From Rhizomicrobium sp. (lineage in GTDB: Bacteria; Pseudomonadota; Alphaproteobacteria; Micropepsales; Micropepsaceae): DNA of 64,000 nt. Position 1 is the stretch's first letter; the number at the start of each line of letters is the position of its first letter. Under the pieces are notes generated by a model. The model saw only the letters and a list, made by a program, of their open reading frames with translations. It was not told the DNA's origin and did not search any database. Below, piece after piece: positions 11,840 to 19,495 of this stretch. The translations under genes and the position numbers were made by a program. The DNA is taken from contig DATCAT010000014.1 of the NCBI GenBank assembly GCA_036512455.1, positions 157,205 through 221,204 on the forward strand, given 5' to 3'.

Positions 11840-12307
11840 TCACAAATCCTCCGAAAACCCCACGTTCACGATCAATCCGCTCTGAATCGCCGTCTGATAC
11901 CGGGCACCTACGCGCAAGCGAAACTCATGGCTGAAACCATATTCCAGCCCCGCGCCCGCCCTCACGCCGAACGAGGACACGTCACCCGGAATGCTCACGT
12001 ATTCCGCCCCTATTGTTCCGAAGAGCGAAACACGATTCCATTCACGGAATCGCCAGTTGGCGTAGGCATCCACATAGCCACCGTTGAATCGCACCGGAAG
12101 AAATTGAGAGCCCACATACCCGGCTTCCAAATCCAGATACCGATTCAGGTGGAATCCAGCGCCGCCATCATAAGCCTGAAAAGTAATTCCGCCCGCTGAG
12201 ACGAAATCGTAGTCGGCTGCAAGATATGGCCCAAAGTCGTCGGCGGATGCGCGTAAGGGCCATAGGCAAACGAGGCCAAGTACCGCCACCAATTTCAAAA
12301 TTCTCAT
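11840..12307 (-). CDS. Small outer-membrane beta-barrel protein (porin/OmpA-like; IS passenger)
   Basis: Signal peptide MRILKLVAVLGLVCLWPLRASA. Alternating aromatic strands (GAGFHLNRYLDLEAGY, GAGLEYGF, RLRVGARYQ). Purine-rich RBS before ATG 12307. Confidence 0.7.
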   Translation of the reverse strand: MRILKLVAVLGLVCLWPLRASADDFGPYLAADYDFVSAGGITFQAYDGGAGFHLNRYLDLEAGYVGSQFLPVRFNGGYVDAYANWRFREWNRVSLFGTIGAEYVSIPGDVSSFGVRAGAGLEYGFSHEFRLRVGARYQTAIQSGLIVNVGFSEDL

Positions 12308-12337
12308 ATCCCCATCCCCTCTGGTGATCGGGGAGTT

Positions 12338-12496
12338 AGAAAACCTAGCTAGGCAAGGTCGCACACGGCTTTAGGCTCCTAAGCCCTGAACATACCCGTA
12401 TGCCTCCTCGACCATAAAGGTTGAGGAGTGCTGGTGACGGCGGCACTTACGCCGCCTAGCTAGGGGTTTCTACGCCCCGGACCGGTGTGTGCACCG
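12338..12496 (-). ncRNA. Putative structured RNA leader (chain of hairpins); possibly related to phage C4/a1b1-type regulatory RNAs
   Basis: Hairpins at 12404-12428, 12439-12456, 12463-12478 and 12483-12496. CCTAGCTAGG occurs twice (12344, 12455). Family link and strand are inference. Confidence 0.35.
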
Positions 12497-12767
12497 ATCT
12501 AGGAGAAATATGTCACAGAACTGTAAGTTGCGAAATCCTATTTCCAACTTTTCTACGTTGCGTAGTAACATCAAACTATGTCCACACGACTACCCGGCAG
12601 CGAAGCCATACCGATTCCATTTCCAGAACCCGGCTGCTGGATGAAGGAAAATCAGTCCAAAAATTTCGGCGAGTTTCAATGTGGGCTTTGTAGGGGCAAT
12701 TTCTACAAAACGGCGGATAACAGGCTCTACGTCTATTTGGAGATTATGACGTGGAAGGACGTGTGTA

Positions 12768-13019
12768 TTAAGACTTACATGCCACTTCGCCTGCCGCATG
12801 AGGCAGAAAGCATTTTGTACATACGTTGGGAGGAAACAGGGGTGCGCCTGCGGCAAGACGATCATCCCGCCATTGATGCAACTTGGCAGCCGCGAGATTG
12901 AGTTCCTCATCGGTCATTTTCTCCGCTCCGCCGATGTAAGCCACACCCAATTCCTCGAAGCGCCGTTTTAGGCGCTCACTCACAAATTCGATAGCCATGA
13001 TGATATCTGTTTCGTCCAA
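12768..13019 (-). CDS. Hypothetical protein (IS passenger)
   Basis: 83-aa ORF with TTG start just downstream of a sigma70-like promoter. No family recognised; overlapping alternative ORFs exist. Confidence 0.35.
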   Translation of the reverse strand: MDETDIIMAIEFVSERLKRRFEELGVAYIGGAEKMTDEELNLAAAKLHQWRDDRLAAGAPLFPPNVCTKCFLPHAAGEVACKS

Positions 13020-13037
13020 TTAATCCGTACACAGACT

Positions 13038-13065
13038 ATTATCTCACGATGCAGATAAAAGTCAA
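13038..13065 (-). promoter_or_regulatory. Sigma70-like promoter TTGACT-N16-GATAAT with internal palindrome TTATCT-N8-AGATAA
   Basis: Read on the minus strand just after the transposase stop. Confidence 0.55.
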
Positions 13066-13074
13066 GAAATCCAT

Positions 13075-13965
13075 CTAGCCAACCCCGCCATCAATTACCC
13101 GGAACCGTCCCACCATCCGCCCTTGCGGCGCAGGCGTCACCACGCCATCCAGCGCCGCCTCGACAAGCTCGCTGATCGTCCAGACATGATCGACAACGCC
13201 CAACTGCATCGCAGGCGTGATTCGTAGAGCCTCATGGACGCGACAAAGATTGTAGTGCGCCACATACAGCGCCACCGCTGCGCAGTGATTCAAATAGGTC
13301 TTGCTGAAGCCGTTTGTCAGCCGCGTGAAGCGGCGCTGGCTCATGCGCAGTGTGAGGTTCTGACGCTCGACATAAGAGGTGCTGATATGCGTCGGCACGC
13401 CATGTACGGCGTTGCGGGTTACCTTTACTACCTGACCCGGCGAATAGCGTCGCGCAGCTTCCGGGCTACCGTTTACCGCGTAATGTTTTTCCACAACGCC
13501 GTGCGCGCAGTTCTCGCCAAAGGCGTGAGCAATGGCCCACGGGTAGGCGTTGAAGCCGTCCGTTGAAATCTCAGGCGAGCCGATGACGCGGGCGCGCAGA
13601 TCGTCCGCGAAGTCCTGCGTATTGATCGCGGTACGCTTGCCGGTCTTGTACGTGATGATCGCTTTCGCGGAGTCGGCCAGTGCAATGAAGGTGTATTGAT
13701 CCCCGACCATGTCGCTGTCATCGGGCTTCACAAGGCGCTGCTTCTTGCCGACGAACGCCCAGATTTCGTCGAGTTCGATCCGGTTGACGTGAAGGCCGCG
13801 CATCATGGCGCTGTGCAGCTTCAAGCAGCCTTCGCCGACGCGGACGCCTAGCGACATAACCGTCCCGCGATTGACACCAGTGAGTCGTTCGGTTGCGCGG
13901 ATGCTGACACCGTCGCAAAGGGCGGAGATCGCTGCCACCTGTCGCTCGCGAGGAAGAACGTTCAT
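13075..13965 (-). CDS. IS1-family DDE transposase (single ORF, N-terminal HTH, no zinc finger)
   Basis: HTH VSIRATERLTGVNRGTV; catalytic ELDEIWAFVGKK, ISTDGFNAY and STSYVERQNLTLR; C-terminal YNLCRVHEALRITPAM. Start taken at MNVLPRE (13965). Confidence 0.9.
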   Translation of the reverse strand: MNVLPRERQVAAISALCDGVSIRATERLTGVNRGTVMSLGVRVGEGCLKLHSAMMRGLHVNRIELDEIWAFVGKKQRLVKPDDSDMVGDQYTFIALADSAKAIITYKTGKRTAINTQDFADDLRARVIGSPEISTDGFNAYPWAIAHAFGENCAHGVVEKHYAVNGSPEAARRYSPGQVVKVTRNAVHGVPTHISTSYVERQNLTLRMSQRRFTRLTNGFSKTYLNHCAAVALYVAHYNLCRVHEALRITPAMQLGVVDHVWTISELVEAALDGVVTPAPQGRMVGRFRVIDGGVG

Positions 13966-13982
13966 TCTGTCACTCTCAAAGT

Positions 13983-14056
13983 TGGCTCCCCGGCTGGGTG
14001 TCGATCCCAAGTCTTCCGGCTGTAAGTCGTCTGTCCTACCGTTAGACGACCGGGGA
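13983..14056 (-). ncRNA. tRNA-like RNA (pseudo-tRNA; Gln-type acceptor and D arms, nominal UAC anticodon, collapsed anticodon stem)
   Basis: 74 nt: TCCCCGG TC GTCT AACGGTA GGAC A GACGA CTTACAG CCGGA AGAC TTGGG ATCGACA CCCAG CCGGGGA G CCA. Perfect 7-bp acceptor stem, encoded CCA, D and T stems intact, anticodon stem has only 2 Watson-Crick pairs. Confidence 0.8.
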
Positions 14057-14072
14057 GAATTCGCATCCTATA

Positions 14073-14144
14073 GCTATCATATATGATAGCTCGCTGATCT
14101 TGTCAACTGAAAAGTATCAGATATGATAGCTTTCATATCTGATA
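14073..14144. promoter_or_regulatory. Divergent promoter/operator region with palindromes
   Basis: GCTATCATATATGATAGC (14073-14090). TATCAGATATGA-N6-TCATATCTGATA (14115-14144). Minus-strand TTGACA (14106-14101)-N17-TATATG pointing at the tRNA-like RNA. Confidence 0.7.
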
Positions 14145-14155
14145 GTGGAGGATCA

Positions 14156-14395
14156 ATGGGTTACCCGAAAACGCAGCCGGACTGGGAGACGCGGGCGGCG
14201 GCTTTCATCAAGGCCGAGATACTGAAGGCTGAGATCACCTACGAAGAGCTAGCCAAGCGAATGAAACGGCACGGATTCGCCGAAACGAAGGCGTCTGTGA
14301 CCAACAAGCTATCCCGGGGTACTTTCCCCGCCTCGTTCTTTCTCGCGGCTATAGCAGCCTTGGAATTGCCCGGGGTAAGCTTGGAGGATGTCTGA
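14156..14395 (+). CDS. Small HTH DNA-binding protein (DUF6471-like)
   Basis: GGAGG RBS at 14147-14151. ITYEELAKRMKRHGFAETKASVTNKLSRGTFPASFFL resembles DUF6471/XRE-like HTH proteins found next to IS transposases. Confidence 0.8.
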   Translation: MGYPKTQPDWETRAAAFIKAEILKAEITYEELAKRMKRHGFAETKASVTNKLSRGTFPASFFLAAIAALELPGVSLEDV

Positions 14396-14441
14396 GAGGC
14401 GTGAGTTTGTCGCCTGAGTCTCAAATCGTCAGAGATGCAGC

Positions 14442-15257
14442 ATGAGCGACAAGCCCGACCCCACCACAGGCAAGACCCAAGGCAGAGAGCCCCCAAATCC
14501 ACCGCTCCCGACGAGCCATTCGAGTCCCGATAGCCATCAGCATCACCAGTTGAGCGCACACAAGGGCTATGAAACCGCAAAACACCTCGCCAAGCGCCTG
14601 CGTCAGGTTGCTTTGGAGTTGTCCGTTTCGGATTGGCTCATGGTTTTCTTCACTGCCGTCATTGCTGCGGCCACTGTATGGAGCGCCGTAGTGGTTCGTG
14701 GGCAACAGGTCATCATGCAAGGTCAACTGGACGAAATGAGAAATGAGCAGCGAGCTTGGGTCTACGCTGACATTGATCCCAATGCGTCTCTCGTCATTAA
14801 CGGCTGGGATGGCGTAGTCCCGCTGCAAATTGTTCTCCACAACGTAGGAAAATCGCCCGCCACTCAGATTCTTACGTTCGCGCATCTCTATCCGATCAGC
14901 GGTAGCGGGCCAAACGTTTCTGTCCGCGATTACCCGAGTCTGTGCTACGCGAAAACCTATTCCGAGATGGGTTCCCACATCTTCCCCGGCCAAAGTATTC
15001 CGGCAACGCGGTCCCTTAGTCAGGCCGAAACCGGTTCGTGGGATGTGACGCCGGTTTATCCCGGCACGGTCACTTTCCAAATCCGAGGATGTATTCTGTA
15101 CAAGAGCGGAGCCGATCCAACGCCCCACCACACATGGATCAACGCTAGCATTATCAATGCCAATGGATGGCCGATGTTCGCTATCGCTAAGGGTGATCGA
15201 ACGAACACCCCCATCCGATTGGAATTCACTTTGGTGAAAGCCGAAGTTGATGACTAA
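14442..15257 (+). CDS. Hypothetical single-pass membrane protein (IS passenger)
   Basis: Disordered N-terminus, one TM helix (WLMVFFTAVIAAATVWSAVVV), coiled segment QLDEMRNEQRAWV, then a beta-rich domain. Confidence 0.65.
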   Translation: MSDKPDPTTGKTQGREPPNPPLPTSHSSPDSHQHHQLSAHKGYETAKHLAKRLRQVALELSVSDWLMVFFTAVIAAATVWSAVVVRGQQVIMQGQLDEMRNEQRAWVYADIDPNASLVINGWDGVVPLQIVLHNVGKSPATQILTFAHLYPISGSGPNVSVRDYPSLCYAKTYSEMGSHIFPGQSIPATRSLSQAETGSWDVTPVYPGTVTFQIRGCILYKSGADPTPHHTWINASIINANGWPMFAIAKGDRTNTPIRLEFTLVKAEVDD

Positions 15258-15356
15258 TGCGACTGCTGTCGCCAACGCGCGCATCCCGATCATCTAGGAA
15301 TGCCCGCCGCTGGTTGCGATGCCAAAAGAACAAAACCAGCCACTGAGGGGCAAAAC

Positions 15357-15375
15357 CGGCCAGCACCAAGGGGTC
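15357..15375. repeat. Right terminal inverted repeat plus target-site duplication (AAGGGGTC)
   Basis: Read directly from sequence; matches the left end. Confidence 0.88.
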
Positions 15376-15541
15376 GGAAAAAATAAATTTTGCGATTTCT
15401 TATCCCATGAAAATTTCGCGCGGAACCGCGGAGTGCGCGGAGATTTTCTCGGGCTGATGTGGATAGACCTTTGGGTGCAGCGCGGCGAACGATATTTTCT
15501 TTCAACGCAAATAAAGTTTGGAAGGGGAGGGGAAGAGGGAT

Positions 15542-17005
15542 TTACCGAAACGCCGGCTCGGTGAAGCTGCGCAGCTTGCGCGAATGCAGGGTGCCGGCGC
15601 GGGCCTCCTCGCGCATGAATTCCAGCGCCTTGATGCCGATCTGCAGATGCTGGCCGACACGCTCTTCGTAGAAGGCGTCCGCCATGCCGGGCAGCTTGAT
15701 CTCGCCGTGCAGCGGGCGGTCCGAGACGCAGAGCAGCGTTCCGTAGGGCACGCGGAAGCGATAGCCGTTGGCGGCGATGGTCGCCGATTCCATGTCGATG
15801 GCGATGGCGCGGCTCTGATTGAAGCGCACCGCGAGCTCGTCGAAGCGCAGCTCCCAATTGCGGTCGTCGGTGGTCACGACCGTGCCGGTGCGCAGGCGCT
15901 CCTTCTGCACCTTGCCCTTGAGGCCGGTCACCGACTCCACGGCTTTGGCCAGTGCGAGCTGCACTTCGGCGATGGTCGGAACCGGGATCGCGAGCGGCAA
16001 GACGGAGTCGAGCACGTGATCGTCGCGCAGATAAGCGTTCGCCAGCACGTAGTCGCCGAGCCGCTGGCTTTGGCGCAAGCCGCCGCAGTGGCCGACCATC
16101 AGCCAGACATGCGGCCGCAGCACGGCGAGGTGATCGGTCGCGGTCTTGGCGTTCGACGGCCCGACGCCGATGTTGACTAGCGTGATGCCTTCGCCATCCG
16201 GCTGGACAAGATGATAGGCCGGCATTTGCGGCATCTTGGCCAGTGGCGGCGCGCTCGGCTCCTTGCCTTTCTCGGTGACGCGCATGCCGGGCTCGATGAA
16301 TTTCACGGCGCGGCCGTCTTCGAGTTCCTTGAGGCCATAGCCGATGAACTCGTCGATGTAGCGCTGGTAGTTGGTGAACAGCACGAAGCTCTGGAAACTT
16401 TCCGGCGTGGTGCCGGTGTAGTGGCGCAGCCGGTGCAGCGAATAATCGACGCGCTCGGCGGTGAACAGCGACAGCGGCCCGCTTTCGTCGCCGATCCAGC
16501 GCCGTCCGTCGACCACGGTGTCGTCGGCGGCGTCGAGGCGGGGCAGGGGGAAGTGTTGCGCCAATTCCAGCCGCTGCTCCGCCGACATCGCCGACGCCGC
16601 GCGCTCCACCGCGAAGGTCAGTGGAATGGGGGTGTGGCTCCTGCCGACATAGATGTCGGCCTTGTTGTTCTGGGTCAGCAGGCTCAGCTGCTCGATCAGG
16701 TAATTGCGGAACAGGCGCGGCGCGGTGATCGTCGTGCCGTAGAAGCCCGGACGCGGCACCTTGCCGAAGGCGAGCGTCGTCGAGCGCGGCACCGATTCCA
16801 CCTCGATGCCGAGATAGGGATAGACCGGGTCCTTGGTCGCCTTGCGTTTGCCTTTGGAGAACGCCTCGAAATTCTTCTCGATTTGCGAAATGGCGGCGTC
16901 GTAGAGCTCGATCAGGCGGTCGACGACGTCGTCGACCGTGTCGCAGCGCACGAGATTGGTCGCCGGGACTTTTCCGAATTTGGGACCGTGCGCGGGGCTA
17001 GCCAT
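15542..17005 (-). CDS. amn: AMP nucleosidase
   Basis: ERVDYSLHRLRHYTGT, FVLFTNYQRY, QMPAYHL, NIGVGPSNAKT, AIDMESATIAANG, TEPAFR. Start taken at MASPAHG. Confidence 0.95.
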   Translation of the reverse strand: MASPAHGPKFGKVPATNLVRCDTVDDVVDRLIELYDAAISQIEKNFEAFSKGKRKATKDPVYPYLGIEVESVPRSTTLAFGKVPRPGFYGTTITAPRLFRNYLIEQLSLLTQNNKADIYVGRSHTPIPLTFAVERAASAMSAEQRLELAQHFPLPRLDAADDTVVDGRRWIGDESGPLSLFTAERVDYSLHRLRHYTGTTPESFQSFVLFTNYQRYIDEFIGYGLKELEDGRAVKFIEPGMRVTEKGKEPSAPPLAKMPQMPAYHLVQPDGEGITLVNIGVGPSNAKTATDHLAVLRPHVWLMVGHCGGLRQSQRLGDYVLANAYLRDDHVLDSVLPLAIPVPTIAEVQLALAKAVESVTGLKGKVQKERLRTGTVVTTDDRNWELRFDELAVRFNQSRAIAIDMESATIAANGYRFRVPYGTLLCVSDRPLHGEIKLPGMADAFYEERVGQHLQIGIKALEFMREEARAGTLHSRKLRSFTEPAFR

Positions 17006-17013
17006 TCGGCCTT

Positions 17014-18222
17014 CTAAAGAAAGGATGTCCCGACGGGAAGGGGTGGCAAGCCAAGGTGAGTCGCCACCGACTGGCCGATATCGGCGAAGGTGCTGCGCTC
17101 GCCGATGGAGCCCGGCGCGACGCCAGGGCCGAAGGCGAGCACCGGCACATATTCGCGCGTGTGGTCGGTGCCCGGCCAGGTCGGGTCGCAGCCATGGTCG
17201 GCGGAAAAGATCGCCAGGTCTCCGGGGCGCAGGCCGGCCTGCAATTCCGGGATGCGCCGGTCGAAGGCCTCGAGCGCCGCGGCATAGCCCGCAATGTCGC
17301 GGCGATGACCGTACAGCGTGTCGAAGTCGACGAAATTGGCGAAGATGATCGCATCGTCCGGCCCCGTCTTCACACACTCCATCATGCGGTCGAAGACTTC
17401 CTCGTTGCCGAAGGCCTTGACGTATTTGGTGATGCCGCGGGCGGCGAAGATGTCGGAGATTTTCCCGATGCCGACGACTTCATGTCCGGCCTGGGCATAG
17501 CGGTCCAGCAGCGTCGGCGCGTGCGGCGGCATGGCGTAGTCGTGGCGGTTGCCGGTGCGCAAGAACTCGCCGGGCTTCTCGCCGACGAAGGGCCGCGCGA
17601 TGACGCGGCCGATGTTGTAGCCGTCCACCAGTTCACGCGCGATATGGCAGATCTTGTAGAGCCGCTCCAAGCCGAAATGGCTCTCATGCGCCGCGATCTG
17701 GAAAACCGAATCGGCGGAGGTGTAGACGATCGGCTTGCCGCTTTTGATATGCTCTTCGCCGAGGGCATCGAGGATCTCGGTTCCCGACGCGTGGCAGTCG
17801 CCCAGGATGCCGGGGATTTCGGCGCGTTCGATGAAGGCCTTGGTCAGCGCGGCGGGAAAGGACGGCACGGTGCGCGGGAAGAAGCCCCACTCATAGTCGA
17901 CCGGCAGGCCCATCATTTCCCAGTGGCCGCTCGGCGTGTCCTTGCCGAGACCGAGCTCGGCCGCATAGCCGTATTTTCCCACGATGCGGTCCGGCGCGGC
18001 GATCTCGACCGCCCGGTCGGCGCCCTTGGCCGCCTGGCCCAGGCCCAGCGACAACAGGTTGGGAATGTTCAGCGCGCCCTTGTGCCCGTTCGCCCGCTTC
18101 AGCCCTGCGGCACAGGCCTTGGCGATGTGTCCGAAGGTGTTGGCGCCGGCGTCGCCGAAGCGCTCCGCGTCGGGCGCCGAGCCAAGCCCGAAAGAGTCGA
18201 GAACGCCGATGATCGCGCGCAA
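17014..18222 (-). CDS. deoB: Phosphopentomutase
   Basis: [58 protein letters not shown]. Probable TTG start at 18222. Confidence 0.95.
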   Translation of the reverse strand: MRAIIGVLDSFGLGSAPDAERFGDAGANTFGHIAKACAAGLKRANGHKGALNIPNLLSLGLGQAAKGADRAVEIAAPDRIVGKYGYAAELGLGKDTPSGHWEMMGLPVDYEWGFFPRTVPSFPAALTKAFIERAEIPGILGDCHASGTEILDALGEEHIKSGKPIVYTSADSVFQIAAHESHFGLERLYKICHIARELVDGYNIGRVIARPFVGEKPGEFLRTGNRHDYAMPPHAPTLLDRYAQAGHEVVGIGKISDIFAARGITKYVKAFGNEEVFDRMMECVKTGPDDAIIFANFVDFDTLYGHRRDIAGYAAALEAFDRRIPELQAGLRPGDLAIFSADHGCDPTWPGTDHTREYVPVLAFGPGVAPGSIGERSTFADIGQSVATHLGLPPLPVGTSFL

Positions 18223-18316
18223 GTTCGAGAGGTCCGGAAAAGGTGACGGCGCAGCGTACAGATTTGTCGCGCCGGACGGAAATATATAGTTCAGTTCCCT
18301 TAAGAGGACGGTTCGC

Positions 18317-19150
18317 ATGGCAAAAGCGCAAGCAGACGAAGTGGAACGCGGCATTGCCGCGCTGAAGACCGCCGTCGGCGGAGCGTTTCCCCGGACCGCG
18401 CTCATCCTGGGCAGCGGCCTTGGTCCCCTGGCGGACAGAATCGCGGACGCCACCGATGTCTCCTACGCCGACATACCGGGCTTCCCGGTGCCCTCGGTGG
18501 ACGGCCATCACGGGCGCCTGCGCGTGGGCTCCATTTCGGGCCATGGCATCGCCTGCATGCAGGGGCGCCTGCACGCCTATGAAGGCCATGCCGCGCAGGC
18601 GCTGGCGGTGCCGATTCGCATCCTTCGCGGCCTGGGCGTGGAGAGGCTGTTCCTCACCAATGCGGCCGGCGGCCTGACGCGCGACAAGCCGGCCGGCACG
18701 CTGATGATCGTCGACGATCACATCAATTTTTCCGGCCAGAATCCGCTGATCGGGCCGAACGATCCGAAAATCGGCGTGCGCTTTCCGGACATGTCGCACG
18801 CCTACGATCCCGCGCTCAGGGCGCAGTTGCGCCAGGCGGCCGAACAGTCCGGCGTCGCGGTCACCAGCGGCATCTACCTCTACACGTTGGGTCCCAATTT
18901 CGAGACCCCGGCCGAAGTGCGCATGTTCGCGGCTCTCGGCGCCGACGCGGTCGGGATGTCGACGGTTCCCGAATGCCTCGCGGCCGTTCACTGCGGCATG
19001 AAAGTCGTGGCGCTGTCGCTGATCACCAATCTAGCGGCCGGCTTGGCCGCCGACCCGTTGACCCATCACGAAACCTTGCACGAGGCGAGCAAGGCCTATG
19101 ACCGGGTCGAGCGTCTGCTCATGCGGTTCTTTGCCTTGGCGGCGGCATAA
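18317..19150 (+). CDS. punA: Purine-nucleoside phosphorylase (trimeric PNP I family)
   Basis: [51 protein letters not shown]. Confidence 0.92.
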   Translation: MAKAQADEVERGIAALKTAVGGAFPRTALILGSGLGPLADRIADATDVSYADIPGFPVPSVDGHHGRLRVGSISGHGIACMQGRLHAYEGHAAQALAVPIRILRGLGVERLFLTNAAGGLTRDKPAGTLMIVDDHINFSGQNPLIGPNDPKIGVRFPDMSHAYDPALRAQLRQAAEQSGVAVTSGIYLYTLGPNFETPAEVRMFAALGADAVGMSTVPECLAAVHCGMKVVALSLITNLAAGLAADPLTHHETLHEASKAYDRVERLLMRFFALAAA

Positions 19151-19495
19151 CCTTTCATTCCGGTGGATCAAACCGGTCGAATGTTTTGTCGCCCCAAATT
19201 GGTGACGGACGACTGCCGCGCGACCGCGCGGATTGCGCGCAAAAGGCCTGCAAATGGCCGTTTCCTGAACAGCGTGACATATTCCACACGCCATCAGTCG
19301 CAAATCTGCAAACGTCCGCTCTTAGATTGACTACGCGGTAAGGTGGATGACAAATTGTTGCGAGCGCGAACGACTGGTTGTCAATAAACCCAGGCGTTAT
19401 GCAGGTTTTTGGGAATTTACGTCATCTCGGAATCGCTAGAGAGCGCAATTGATCCGCGAGCCGTCTCGCGGGTCGCAGTTTTTGAGGGGAATTCA

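Larger units (their letters stand above)
11274..15367 (-). mobile_element. IS1-family passenger-carrying insertion sequence, 4,094 bp
   Basis: Perfect 11-bp terminal inverted repeats GGTGCTGGCCG (11274-11284) and CGGCCAGCACC (15357-15367). Flanking 8-bp direct repeat AAGGGGTC (11266-11273 and 15368-15375). Internal DDE transposase. Visibly lower GC than the flanking genes. Confidence 0.88.

Noticed and set aside
13966-14010. N-terminal transposase extension MGSTPSRGANFESDR from the ORF track
   Set aside because: It runs through the T arm and acceptor stem of the tRNA-like RNA; ATG 13965 has a purine-rich upstream sequence and starts the HTH domain.
13983-14056. Functional tRNA-Val(UAC)
   Set aside because: Anticodon stem has only 2 of 5 pairs, T54 is replaced by A, and acceptor identity is Gln-like; reported as a tRNA-like RNA instead.
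14421-15293. 290-aa minus-strand ORF inside the IS
   Set aside because: It fully overlaps the plus-strand 14442-15257 ORF, which has the more protein-like architecture and follows the HTH gene; likely a shadow ORF, though not excluded.
15376-15541. AT-rich spacer with short CGCGGA repeats right of the IS
   Set aside because: Repeats are short and irregular, with no array structure or ORF support.
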